From an uncultured delta proteobacterium (GTDB lineage Bacteria > Myxococcota_A > Polyangia > Polyangiales > Polyangiaceae), in contig CAWKKR010000001.1 of NCBI GenBank assembly GCA_963850305.1, positions 800,001 through 864,000 of the forward strand: a DNA stretch of 64,000 bases. Reading direction: 5' to 3'. A model generated the notes under the pieces. That model did no database searches. It was not told the DNA's origin and saw only the letters and a program-made list of their open reading frames with translations. The position numbers and the translations under genes are program-made. Shown one piece after another: positions 48,101 through 59,300 of this stretch (position 1 is its first letter; each line of letters begins with the position of its first letter).

Positions 48101-49804
48101 GCCGACAACCAGTGCACGACCGGTCACTGCGTGGACGGCGTGTGCTGCGATCAAGCCTGCGGGGAACAGTGTGAGGCGTGCGACGTCGCGGGTTCGGCGG
48201 GAACATGCTCCCCGGTGTCGGGCCCGCCGCACGGTGCGCGGCGACAGTGCGCCAGCGACGGCAGCACCTGTGCCGGCGCGTGCGACGGCACCGTCGTGAG
48301 CGCCTGCGCATACCCGGGGAACGGCGTCACGTGTCGCGAGGGAGCCTGCGCGTCGGACAAGGCGACCGTGGTCGCGTACTGCACCGGGCAAGGGACCTGT
48401 CCGCCGGAGCAAGATCAGAACTGCGGACCTCAGTTTCACTGCGCGACCGGCGCCACACAGTGCGCCGGCAATTGTCACGTGGATACCGATTGCTCGTTCA
48501 ACCAGTATTGCTCGGCCGGTGTCTGCGTGCCGCTGCACTCGAACGGCGACCCGTGCGCGGGCCCGAACCAGTGCGCGTCGTCGTATTGCGTCGATGGGGT
48601 TTGCTGCGAGAGCGCGTGCGCGGGTCAGTGCGAAGCTTGCGACTCCGACGGCACGTGTTCGCCAGTGACGGGGGCTCCCGTCGGGATCCGACCGGCGTGC
48701 GCCACCGACGGCTCGGCCTGCGCCGGCACCTGCGATGGGACGAACGCCACCGGGTGCACGTACCCGGGTTCGAGCACGGCGTGTCGGAGCGCGAGCTGCG
48801 CCGCTGGCGTCGCGACGCTGCCCGCTTCCTGCAACGCCGCCGGCTCGTGCCCGATCCTGCAGCTCCAATCGTGCAGTCCGAATGCCTGTGCCGGAAGCCG
48901 GTGTGGAGGCGGGTGCACGAAGAACTCCGATTGTACGTCCGCGCAGTTCTGCTCGGGCGGCGTCTGCATCCCGCAGGTCGCGAACGGCAACCTCTGCGGC
49001 AACGACGGACAGTGCACGAGCGGGCATTGCGTCGACGGGTTCTGCTGCGACGGCCAGTGCAGCGGGCAGTGCGAGGCCTGCGACGTCGTCGGGTTCGTGG
49101 GGACCTGCACGACCGTGCCGCGCGGCTTGCCGCACGGCGGGCGTCCGTCCTGCCCCGGCGAAGGCGCCTGCGCCGCGACCTGCGACGGCGAGAGCGCCCA
49201 GACATGCGTGTTCCCCGGCAAGGAAAAGACATGCGGACTCGGGCTCTGCACTGCCGGCGTCGAGACGGATCCCTCGTCGTGCAATGGGCTCGGGACCTGC
49301 CTGTTCGCCGCGAGCAAGCTCTGCGACCCGTACGTCTGTGCACCCTCGACGACGGGTCTGTCTCAGTGCCAGACGTCGTGCACCCTGGACAGCGACTGCA
49401 TCGCGGGATTCACATGCTCGAACGGCGCGTGCCTCCTCGCGACCCCACCGCCGGATGCGGGACGCGACGCTGCGATCACGGACGCATCCGCGGGCGTCGA
49501 CTCGGGGTCCGGCGGCGCGACCTCCACGGACGCAGGCAAGTCCGCTGGCGGCGTCACGTCCGCCGGCGGCGTGACGTCGAGCGGAGGTCATTCGCAGCGG
49601 ACGGACGCGGGCCCACCGGATGCGGGCCGAACCGGCGGGGCAGGCGGGCGCCCGGCAATCTCCAGCTCGAGAGACAGCGGCGCATGCGGGTGCCGTCTGG
49701 GGGCCTCGGGCGAATCGACGCGCGGCGCCTGGTGTATCGTCGGCCTCGGCCTCCTGGTGTTCCGGCGCCGGCGGCGTGGCGGAACGCACGCACGCACGAA
49801 CTAG
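45173..49804 (+). CDS. Large Cys-rich surface protein (~1543 aa): DNRLRE-like N-domain, Cys repeats, MYXO-CTERM-like tail
   Basis: ATG 45173 signal peptide; QDTTIYSD...RRILVEFNV..IPSGSSIQSATL...WGEG...NYGW; CxDDGNxCTxDxC and CVDGVCC..ACxGQCEAC repeats; GACGCRL...TM...RRRRR. Confidence 0.88.
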   Translation: MKRVTSLLASVGFLASYAASASAQVSVTLYPSQDTTIYSDSVNADDGGGSTIYAGVNGSGGSRRILVEFNVGSIPSGSSIQSATLWLYCTTVPSAPVDETLYALRITNSWGEGGDTSGGSGGTTAGGGAATWNYRFYAYSAWGSAGADVYPYATSAWTEDGSTGWKSWPNMQGDVSAWVNGTDGNYGWMIYDYPGNDYTARAFYSRTGATPPELIISYYKPLGATCSASSQCGSGACTNGYCCNVSSCPAQNECQSSAPTCGPSGTCSNPAVANGTACSSDGNPCTIDECIGGACSHPAAGSITCPDDGNPCTSDVCSGTSCTHPAGNDGAACAADSDPCTSDICSGGACTHPAGNDGATCDDGNACTQVDECSGGTCQGSSPVSCSALDECHTAGTCNPSTGICSTPTKSDGTACTADSNPCTLDECLSGTCSHPAGNSGMACADDGNECTSDTCDGTHTVCEHPPKSSGTACTADTNPCTLDQCDGAGTCAHPAGNAGTQCSGPSCACPGGPCTATLASTCSGTSTTCPTAGTVSCAGELCSGNVCAGGCSKDTDCSAGNFCLGGKCTSTRANGDPLGCSADDYCTSGNCVDGYCCNTACAGGTTDCQACSVPGKLGTCSPIPAKTPCRAANGVCDAADSCDGTNTACVDSKLPSGTACPDDGNECTSDTCDGTDNACQHPNKSAGTACTDDGNPCTTDTCQGGSCSHPAGNAGTTCRGLNGTCDVIETCTGSSTSCPADAFKPASTACRTESCAGGVQTNAANCSGTGPACPVATTATCDPYVCGPNACLTGCTTDANCISGDWCNPGTKTCQPKLATGIACTTADSCTSGFCVDDVCCGSACTGQCQACDVPSKLGVCTPTVGTPHGTRAACISDGSTCGGACDGTVVTGCHYPASTTQCRAPACIDGEATLAANCSGAGKCPALQTQDCGQYECGPTACLGNCANDANCVPGDFCSANVCVPRMTAGQACGADNQCTTGHCVDGVCCDQACGEQCEACDVAGSAGTCSPVSGPPHGARRQCASDGSTCAGACDGTVVSACAYPGNGVTCREGACASDKATVVAYCTGQGTCPPEQDQNCGPQFHCATGATQCAGNCHVDTDCSFNQYCSAGVCVPLHSNGDPCAGPNQCASSYCVDGVCCESACAGQCEACDSDGTCSPVTGAPVGIRPACATDGSACAGTCDGTNATGCTYPGSSTACRSASCAAGVATLPASCNAAGSCPILQLQSCSPNACAGSRCGGGCTKNSDCTSAQFCSGGVCIPQVANGNLCGNDGQCTSGHCVDGFCCDGQCSGQCEACDVVGFVGTCTTVPRGLPHGGRPSCPGEGACAATCDGESAQTCVFPGKEKTCGLGLCTAGVETDPSSCNGLGTCLFAASKLCDPYVCAPSTTGLSQCQTSCTLDSDCIAGFTCSNGACLLATPPPDAGRDAAITDASAGVDSGSGGATSTDAGKSAGGVTSAGGVTSSGGHSQRTDAGPPDAGRTGGAGGRPAISSSRDSGACGCRLGASGESTRGAWCIVGLGLLVFRRRRRGGTHARTN

Positions 49805-49807
49805 CGA

Positions 49808-51211
49808 ATGGAAGAAGCGCTCGCTTACTCGACGCTCGCCCTGACGGTGACACTCGCCGTATCGCGGCCTCGGGTGGGTCTCCGCGATTTGCGGTTCTCG
49901 CCGGGCACGGCGGCGCTCCTCGGCGTCACGCTGCTGATGATGGCCGGCGCGATCCGCTTCGAGGATCTCGTCGGTTCGGCGCGCATCCAGTGGCGCCCGC
50001 TCCTCGCCCTGACCTGCGTGATGGTGATGACGGGCGTCGTCCGCGAGGTGGGCACCTTCGACCGGCTGGCGCTGTGGATGGAATCGCGAGCGCACGCGAC
50101 GTCGGCCGCGCGCACCTTCGATCTGCTCTTCGTCATCAGCGTGCTCACGCCTTCACTGCTCAACAACGACTCGGCGATCCTGCTCTTGACGCCGCTCGTC
50201 GTCGCCCTCTCGGCGCGGCTCTACCCGAACAACCCGCGAGTTACCGAGGCGTTTGCGTTCGTCGTGTTCCTCGCTCCCGGAGTCGCTCCGCTCGTCGTGT
50301 CGAACCCGATGAACATGATCGTCGCGGAGTTTGCGGGCATCGGCTTCAACGCCTATGCGGCCATCATGGTCCCGATCTCCGTCGCCGGAGCGCTCCTCAC
50401 GTATGCGATGCTGCGCTTCCATTTTCGCGACGTGCTGGCATCCGCGGTTCCGGCATGCGCGCCCGTGACGACGCTTGTTCGCCATCGTGGCGAGCGTCCC
50501 GCGGTCGCGCTGCTCCTCGTCGTCTTCTTCGCGTATCCCGTCATGGCCGCGCTCGGGGGACCCATCTGGTTCGTGTCGCTCGCGGGCGCGCTCGGGGCGC
50601 TCGCGCTGGCGTCGAAGTACCGCGTCGCGACGACGCGGAAGACCCTCGGCCACGTGTCCCCGGATATCCTCGTGTTCCTGTGGGGCGTCTTTCTGGTCGT
50701 CGTGGCGCTCCGTCGCGTCGGCGTCGTCGATCAGCTCGCGGCGGTGTATCACCTCGCGCCCGCGGGCAGCGGCCGGCAGGTCGGCATCGTGGGGGGCGTA
50801 GCCGCGCTCGGCTCTGCGATCGTGGACAACCACCCCATGTCCATCCTCAACATGATGGCGCTCGGGGACCACGGCGCCAGCCGGTCGCTGCTGGCGGCGC
50901 TCGTCGGCGGCGACATTGGCCCGCGGCTCCTCCCGATCGGATCGCTGGCTGGGTTGCTCTGGATGGACATTCTCCGGCGCTCGGGGGTCGAGATCTCGAT
51001 CGGAAAATTCGTGAAACTCGGAACGACCGTCCTCTTGCCGACGCTCGCGCTTTCGCTCGCGATGCTAGTAGTTCCGCATCGACGAGCAGCGTCGTCCCCG
51101 AGAGCTCAAAGAGATGCGGAACTACGCGAGCATCGCGAGCCCGCCGAAGGCGGCGGGGGAGCGGTTGCGAAGCAAGCCGCGGGGGTCAAGACCCCCCTTT
51201 CCTGGAGGTGA
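49808..51211 (+). CDS. ArsB/NhaD family anion permease (C-terminal extension runs through a repeat element)
   Basis: Multi-TM; LNNDSAILLLTP, PLVVSNPMN, DNHPMS, GGDIGPRLLPIGSLAGLLW. Confidence 0.88.
   Translation: MEEALAYSTLALTVTLAVSRPRVGLRDLRFSPGTAALLGVTLLMMAGAIRFEDLVGSARIQWRPLLALTCVMVMTGVVREVGTFDRLALWMESRAHATSAARTFDLLFVISVLTPSLLNNDSAILLLTPLVVALSARLYPNNPRVTEAFAFVVFLAPGVAPLVVSNPMNMIVAEFAGIGFNAYAAIMVPISVAGALLTYAMLRFHFRDVLASAVPACAPVTTLVRHRGERPAVALLLVVFFAYPVMAALGGPIWFVSLAGALGALALASKYRVATTRKTLGHVSPDILVFLWGVFLVVVALRRVGVVDQLAAVYHLAPAGSGRQVGIVGGVAALGSAIVDNHPMSILNMMALGDHGASRSLLAALVGGDIGPRLLPIGSLAGLLWMDILRRSGVEISIGKFVKLGTTVLLPTLALSLAMLVVPHRRAASSPRAQRDAELREHREPAEGGGGAVAKQAAGVKTPLSWR
51135..51199 (-). 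repeat. Triple-hairpin REP-like element, copy D (inverted)
   Basis: GCGAGCCCGCCGAAGGCGGCGGGGGAGCGGTTGCGAAGCAAGCCGCGGGGGTCAAGACCCCCC is the reverse complement of the 41.8-kb unit. Confidence 0.9.
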
Positions 51212-51212
51212 C

Positions 51213-51945
51213 ATGAAATTCCACCGCGCTTACGCCGCAACACTTCTGATGCTCTCGGTCGCCGTCGGGTGCGCCAGGAAGACCGACTCGACCCCGGAAG
51301 CGAACCCGGCGGCTCCGAGCGCGACCGTGGCGCCGGCTGCGGCGACTCCGACGGAGGCTCCCGCTGGAGGCGCGCCGTCGGCAGCCCGAGCGCACATGGT
51401 CCTTTGCGCGCACCAGCTCGGAAAGCCCCCCAAGGAAATGCCGAAGACTCACTTCGAGCGCGTCGGCAAAAAAGACGAACTGCCGGAGTCGCTCCCCGTC
51501 GGCGAAGGCCACTGGACGTGGCTCAACTTCTGGTCGACGTCGTGCAGCACGTGCGATGAGGAGATTCTTGCGACTGGAAGGCTGGGAAGCGAAAGCCGCG
51601 AGCGAGCCCGTGTCGCTGAAGGTCGCCTTCATCGCGACGGACGCGGACGAGCAGCACCTCGAGAAGTATCTCGAGGGGCAGCCTTCCGACGGGCTGCACG
51701 CCACCTACTGGCTGCCGGAAGAGGCGCGACGTGCCTGGCTCAAGGAAGCTGGGGTGGCCTCGGAACCGGAGGTGCCCGCGCATTTCCTGGTCGATCCGTC
51801 CGGGCAGATCCGGTGCGCGGAAGAAGGCACGCTCGAGAGCGGCGATCTCGCCGAGGTCCTGAAGATCCTCCGCGGCGAACGTGGAGGGCATAGCGGAGTG
51901 CGCGGAAGCGATCAGCATGGGCACAAAGACGTCGGACGAAAATAA
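51213..51945 (+). CDS. TlpA-like thioredoxin-fold lipoprotein (+1 frameshift at ~51565)
   Basis: GGAGG RBS, AVGC lipobox, WLNFWSTSCSTCDEE; after one-base deletion continues ILRLEGW...VPAHFLVDPSGQIRC. Confidence 0.8.
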
Positions 51946-53086
51946 GGGAACCACACGGCGGCGCCTCGTCCTTGCCGCCACGACCGTCGCGCTCCTCGGG
52001 GGGTCGTACTGGTGCTTCCGCCCGAGGGCGAAGCCGCCCGCGAAGCCAGTCCCTGCGCCGAGCGCCGTCGCGTCCGCCGTGGCCCCGGCGCCGATCGTGC
52101 GGCGTCACAGGCACCGCGCCATACCGCGAGCCGAAGCGCAGGCGAAGCTCGAAGCGGTCGAGAAGAGCGCGACCTATCCGCCGACGTCGCGACCGATGTC
52201 CGAGATGCCGTTCTACGCGAAGAAGCCGGACACGTTGCCCCCGCCGGTCCGCTCGGAGACGACCGGGAGCGGCCACAAGATCGAGCTCCACGAGAGCCAG
52301 GATCGCCAGTACGTCTGCGACGGAGAGTCCGCGGTCGTTACCGTGCAAGTGCTGGTCGACGGAAAGCCGGCGGATGGACTCGACGTCTCGCACGCGACCC
52401 TCGTGGAGCTCTCCGGCGTTCCGCGGAAAGCGTCGGACCCCGTCGAGACCGCGGAACTGCGAGACGACGGCATTGCACCGGACGAACATGCGAACGACGG
52501 GACGCTCACCGGCGCGGTCCCCTTCAGCGACTCGAAGATGGGGGCCTTCATCGGGGACACGCAGCTCACCGTGCCGATCCAGGTTCCGGGCGACGTCGTC
52601 TCTTCCGTCTTCGGGTTCGTGTACACCGGCAAGCCGCCGGCAGAGTTCACGGGGCGCGTGCGAGATGCGATCGAGGACGGCTCGCTCGTCTTCCGCCTCG
52701 GCATCGACGTCCATCTCGAAGGGCCGTACGTCATCCACGGACGGCTCTACGACGCGCAGGGCAATGCGATCGTGTTCATGGACGGAAGCCGATCCCTGAC
52801 GACCGCGGACCGCGACGTGAAGCTCGTCGCGTTCGGCAAGCTGCTGCGCGATCTCGACGCCGAGGCGCCGTTCACGCTGCGCGACGTGGACGCGTACCGG
52901 CCCGTCGACGGCACCCCCGATCGCCAGGCCGTCCCGACCTTCGACGGCCCCTACCGGACGCGCCGCTATCGTCCGAGCGACTTTTCCGATCGGCCCTGGA
53001 CGAATCCGGAACCCGATCCCGGGCTCGAGCGAGCAAAAGCAGAGCTCGAGCGCGCTTCGGCGGGGGCAACGACACCCGCACCCTGA
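51917..53086 (+). CDS. Membrane-anchored protein with choice-of-anchor-X-like motif
   Basis: N-terminal TM; LRDDGIAPDEHANDGTLTG motif; Ig-like second domain. Start 51917 or GTG 51881. Confidence 0.7.
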   Translation: MGTKTSDENKGTTRRRLVLAATTVALLGGSYWCFRPRAKPPAKPVPAPSAVASAVAPAPIVRRHRHRAIPRAEAQAKLEAVEKSATYPPTSRPMSEMPFYAKKPDTLPPPVRSETTGSGHKIELHESQDRQYVCDGESAVVTVQVLVDGKPADGLDVSHATLVELSGVPRKASDPVETAELRDDGIAPDEHANDGTLTGAVPFSDSKMGAFIGDTQLTVPIQVPGDVVSSVFGFVYTGKPPAEFTGRVRDAIEDGSLVFRLGIDVHLEGPYVIHGRLYDAQGNAIVFMDGSRSLTTADRDVKLVAFGKLLRDLDAEAPFTLRDVDAYRPVDGTPDRQAVPTFDGPYRTRRYRPSDFSDRPWTNPEPDPGLERAKAELERASAGATTPAP

Positions 53087-53322
53087 GGGAGGAGCAGGCG
53101 TGAGAGAACTCGTGAGGATAGCCGGGATCTCCGCGGGAAAGGGACAAAGCCGTTGACGCGGGGATGGCCCGAAGCGACCCTGTAACACTCGTGCAAAGTA
53201 TCTTGTCGTCACCGTGTAACCCGACGGCGACCTCCGGGACCGTGTGTAACTAGTCGTCCAGCAGGGCGCCTGATGCCGTGGGTGGGACCTCGGCCTCGGC
53301 CCGAGTCGGTCAGAGCTTCGCC

Positions 53323-56300
53323 ATGCGTAAACTCGTCGTCGCTTTCGCAACGGTCTTGACGGGGTGGCTCTCGGCGTCGGGAGCGCGCGCGGACAAGACG
53401 CTCCAGGTGGTCGCCAACTACGACGCGTCCATGGTGGACGGCTCTTCGACGACGATCACGACCAACACGAACAACACCGCGGATGGAGCCGGGCACAACC
53501 TTTTTTCGGGGGGCGCCACGGCAAACGGCATCGGGCTCGCGCGCGCCCTCGTTCACTTCGACGTGTCGTCGATTCCCACGACCGCAACGATCACCGGAGT
53601 GACGGTGGCGTTGCAGGTCAACAAGCGGTCAACCGGCGCGACGGCGACCACCTACCAGCTGAGAGCACCCGCGCTCACTACCTGGAACGAGGGGACCTCG
53701 GTCGGGGCGACCACCGTGGGCGCGACGACTTACGGGACGCCGGAAGTGGCGTTTGCGGGCGCCACGACGGGTGACGCGACCTGGAACTGTGCGCGTCGAT
53801 GCGAGACCGTTCCCTGCATAGTCGGAGGCGCCACTTGCCCCGGCGGAGCGTGGCTCGGCGGCGGCGCGTCGGGGACCGGCACACTGAATGCAACTCAGCA
53901 ATCCGCGACCGAGGAAGCCGGCGCCACCGGGACGCTGCCGTTCAGCCTGTCATTCTCGTCGAACGCGACGCTCGTCGCGACCGTACAGAGCTGGGTGGAC
54001 GGGTCGGCCAATGGCGGGTGGCTCGTGGAGGGCGATAGCGCCGCGGGCAACAACCGAATGTTCACGTCGCACAACGCGAGCGGCACGGTAAACGTGGCGC
54101 CGACGATCACGGTGACGTACAAGCTTGCCGACAACGCGACGTGTAGCAGTGCGGCGGATTGCGAGGGCGGCTTCTGCGTCAATAGCTTCTGCTGCGACTC
54201 CGCGTGTAACACGCCGGGCACTTGTCAGACGACTCCACCGACGAGTTGCTGCGTCTACGGAAGTGCGAGCAGCTCGACGACGTGCAGTGACGGCAACGCC
54301 TGCACCGTCGGCGACCACTGTAGCGGCAGCGGTAGCTGCACCTCCGGTACGTCGACGACCTGCACCTCGCCCCCCACCTGTTACACGGGCACCGGCACCT
54401 GCAACACGAGCACCGGCGTCTGTTCTTACACGCCCGCCTCGAGCTCCACGAGCTGCAGCGACGGCAACGCCTGCACCGTCGGCGACCACTGCGACGGCAG
54501 CGGTAGCTGCACTTCCGGCACGTCGACGACCTGCACCTCGCCCCCCACCTGTTACACGGGCACCGGCACCTGCAACACGAGCACCGGCGTCTGTTCTTAC
54601 ACGCCCGCCTCGAGCTCCACGAGCTGCAGCGACGGCAACGCCTGCACCGTCGGCGACCACTGCGACGGCAGCGGTAGCTGCACCTCGGGCGCGACGACTT
54701 CCTGCACCTCGCCCCCCACCTGTTACACGGGCACCGGTACCTGCAACACGAGCACCGGCGTCTGTTCTTACACGCCCGCTTCGAGCTCCACGAGCTGCAG
54801 CGACGGCAACGCCTGCACCGTCGGCGACCACTGCGACGGCAGCGGCAGCTGCACGTCGGGCGCGACGACTTCCTGCACCTCGCCCCCCACCTGTTACGAC
54901 AGCCCGGGCACTTGCAACACGAGCACCGGCGCTTGCTCGTACACGCCCTCCTCGAGCTCGACCAGCTGCAGCGACGGCAACGCCTGCACCGTCGGCGACC
55001 ACTGTAGCGGCAGCGGCAGTTGCACCTCCGGCACGTCGACGACCTGCACGTCGCCCCCGAACACCCAGTGTTACAACACCACCGGGGCCTGCAACACGTC
55101 CACCGGGGCCTGCTCCTACACGCCCCTCTCGAGCACCACGAGTTGCTCCGACGGCAACGCCTGCACCTCCGGCGACCACTGCGACGGCGCGGGCAACTGC
55201 TCGTCGGGCACCACGGTGACCACCTGCACGTCGCCGCCGAACACCCAGTGCTACAACACCACCGGGGCCTGCAACACGTCCACCGGGGCCTGCTCCTACA
55301 CGCCCCTCTCGAGCACCACGAGTTGCTCCGACGGCAACGCCTGCACCTCCGGCGACCACTGCGACGGCGCGGGGACCTGCGACTCCGGCACCACGGTGAC
55401 GACCTGCACGAGTCCGCCGAACACCCAGTGCTACAACACGACCGGCACCTGCAACACGTCCACCGGGATCTGCGGCTACACGCCCCTCGCGAGCACCACT
55501 TCCTGCTCCGACGGCAACGCCTGCACCTCCGGCGACCACTGCGACGGCGCGGGGACCTGCGACTCCGGCACCACGGTGACGACCTGCACGAGTCCGCCGA
55601 ACACCCAGTGCTACAACACGACCGGCACCTGCAACACGTCCACCGGGATCTGCGGCTACACGCCCCTCGCGAGCACCACTTCCTGCTCCGACGGCAACGC
55701 CTGCACCTCCGGCGACCACTGCGACGGCGCGGGGACCTGCGACTCCGGCACCACGGTGACGACCTGCACGAGTCCGCCGAACACCCAGTGTTACAACACG
55801 ACCGGCATCTGCAACACGTCCACCGGGATCTGCGGCTACACGCCCCTCGCGAGCACCACTTCCTGCTCCGACGGCAACGCCTGCACCTCCGGCGACCACT
55901 GCGACGGCGCGGGGACCTGCGACTCGGGGACGACGGTCACGACGTGCACGAGTCCGCCGAACACCCAGTGTTACAACACGACCGGCATCTGCAACACGTC
56001 CACCGGGATCTGCGGCTACACGACGAAGACCGACGGGACGCTGTGTAACGACGGCAAGACGTGCACGCTCGGAGAGTTTTGCACGGCCGGAACGTGTGGC
56101 GGCGGGACGGCGCCGGATTGCTCGTCCTTCAACGACCAGTGCAATACCGGGGTTTGCGTGGAGCCGGGTGGGTGCCAGGCGCAGGCCAATACGAACGCGC
56201 CGTGCAGCGACGGGAGTTTCTGCACGAGTGGGGACAAGTGCACGAACTCGGGGACCTGCGTCGGCACGGCGGTCGACTGTGACGACGGAAACCCGTGCAC

Positions 56301-59300
56301 GACGGACACATGCATTGCAGCCTCGGGTTGCAGCAACGTGGGCTTCACCGGGAGCGCGGCGGGATGCACCGCCGACTCGAACCCGTGCACGATCGATTCG
56401 TGCGTGAGCGGCGTGTGCCATTCGCCGGTGGCGGACGGGACGAGCTGTGGCGCCGCCGCGTCGTGCTCGGGAGCCGCGGGGTCGGCGAGCGAGATCCCGG
56501 CGGTGAGCTGCGCGAGCGGCGTGTGCCCCTCGCAGACGCCGATTTCGTGTGGCGCGAGTCCCTGTAACGCCGGGGGGACGGCATGCGAGGGCGCGTGCGC
56601 ATCGGATACGGACTGCAGCTCGCTGGCGACGCCGCCGGGATATTACTGCGCGGCATCGACGTGCACGCCGAAGGGTGCGGCAGGAAACCCATGCACGTTG
56701 GCGGACCAGTGCCAGGCGGGACTGACGTGCGCAGACGGCGTGTGCTGCACGGGGACCGGACCGGCGGGCAGCACGTGCGGCAACGGGGATCCGAACGATT
56801 GCGTGACGTGCAATGGGACCGCGCCGGGGACGTGCACGACGGTGGCGGATGCGACGAAGTGCGACGACGGGATTTACTGTAACGGCACGGACAAGTGCAA
56901 GACGGGTGCGTGCACGGTGCACGCGGGCAATCCGTGTCCGGGACCGGACGGCACCTCGAACTGCGCGAACAGCTGCAGCGAGTCGGGGAAGACCTGTACT
57001 GCGAACGACCCCGACGGGTCAGGGTGCAACGACGGGAAGTTCTGCACGGTGGGCGACAGCTGCGCGAGCGGGGTCTGCGTGGGCGGCGCGCGGGACTGCT
57101 CGGCCTTCACGGACCAGTGCAACACCGGTGTGTGTAACGAGTCGGCGGCGTCGTGCCAGGCGTCGCCGATATCGGGCACCTCGTGCACGGACGGCAACGC
57201 CTGCACGACGGGGGACGAGTGTCTGAGCGGGAGCTGTACGCCGACGGGGACGGTATCGTGCGCGACGCCGCCGAACGCGTGCTACGCGGCGACCGGGACG
57301 TGCAACACGACGAACGGCACGTGCTCGTATACTCCCCTGTCGAGCGCGACGACGTGCTCGGACGGCAACGCCTGTACCGCGGGCGATCACTGTAGCGGCT
57401 CCGGCACTTGCCTCTCGGGTACGACGGTGACGAGCTGCACCACGCCGCCGAACACCCAGTGCTACGACACGGCCGGCACCTGCAACACGACGACCGGGGT
57501 TTGCGCGTACACCCCGAAAGCGAACACGACGAGCTGCAGCGATGGGAACGCCTGCACGGCGGGCGACCACTGCGACGGCGCGGGGACGTGCGTCGCGGGC
57601 TCGACGGTGACCAGCTGTACCACGCCGCCGAACACGGCCTGCTACGCGGCGACCGGCACCTGCAACACGACGACCGGCGCCTGCTCGTACACGGCCCTGT
57701 CGAGCGCGACGACGTGCTCGGACGGCAACGCCTGCACGGCGGGCAATCACTGCAACGGCTCCGGCACGTGCCTCTCGGGCACGACGGTGACGAGCTGCAA
57801 CAGCCCGCCGAACACCCAGTGCTACGACGCGGCGGGCACCTGCGACACGACGACCGGCGTGTGCGCTTACTCGCCTCTCGCGAACACCACGACGTGCACG
57901 GACGGCAATGCCTGCACCGTCGGCGACCACTGTGACGGGAGCGGGAACTGCTCATCGGGAGCAGCGACGGTGTGCAATACGCCACCGAACAGTTGCCAGA
58001 CCACGCCGGGGACGTGCAATCCGGCTTCGGGGAGCTGCTCGTACCCGAGCGTGAGCAACACGACGCCGTGCGGGTCTCCGGCGGCGTGCACGGTGACGGG
58101 GGGCACGGCCTCGACGATCCTGGCGGTGACGTGCAACAACGGCGCTTGCCCGGTGCAGACCCCAATTTCGTGCGGGGCCAACCCGTGCAACGCGATGGGA
58201 ACTGGGTGTCAGGGACCTTGCGCGATCGACACGGATTGTCCGCCGGCCTTCTACTGTAACGCGACGTCGCAGTGCGTGCCGACAATCGGGGCCGGGACAC
58301 AGTGCACACGGAGCACGGAATGCCAGACGGGGCTGACGTGCGTGGATGGGGTGTGCTGCACCGGCAAGGGCGCCGGGGACACCTGCGGCAACGGAGACCC
58401 GAACGACTGCGTGACGTGCAACGGGACGACGCCGGGGACGTGCACGGCGCTGGCGGATGCGGCGTCGTGCGACGACGGGGTTTTCTGCGACGGCAAGGAC
58501 AGCTGCGCGAGCGGTGCGTGCTCGACGCACACGGGCAACCCGTGTCCGGGCCCGGATGGCGACAGCAACTGCGCGGAGAGCTGCAGCGAAGGGGGCAAGA
58601 CGTGCACCGCGAACGATCCCGACAGCTCGCCGTGCGAAGATGGGAGCCTCTGCACGACCGGGGACACCTGTCACGGCGGCCTGTGCGTCAGCGGGCCGCC
58701 ACCGGTGTGCAACGACGGTCTGCCGTGCACGGTCGATAGCTGCGATCCGGCGAAGGGCTGCATTGCGCCCGCGGGCAACAGGGGGACTCCGTGCGGAGTA
58801 CCGGCCTCCTGCGCGACGGGACAGGAGACGATAGCCCCGGTATGCGACGGCACGTCGTCGACCTGCCCGGCCGCGACGACCCAGAGCTGCGGCCTTTACG
58901 CTTGCGGCGGCACCGTGTGCCTCACGTCATGTGCGGCGGACGGCGACTCGGATTGCGCGCAGGGCAACTACTGCGCGGCCAGCAACCAGTGCACGCCGAA
59001 GGGCAAGGCCGGCGACGCTTGCGCGACCGGCGACCAGTGTCTCTCGAGCTCGTGCGCGGACGGCGTGTGCTGCAACAGCGACTGCACGGGCCAGTGCGAG
59101 GCCTGCAATCTCACCGGCACGGTCGGCGTATGCACGGCGGTCATCGGCAAGCCGGTCACGCCGCGCGCGGCGTGCATCGGCGATGGGACGGGCTGTGACG
59201 GCACCTGCGACGGCACGGACCGGCAAGCCTGCACCATGCCCGGCAAGGCAACGCAGTGCCGTGCGCCGTCCTGCGACATGCCGTCGGAAACTGCGACGCT

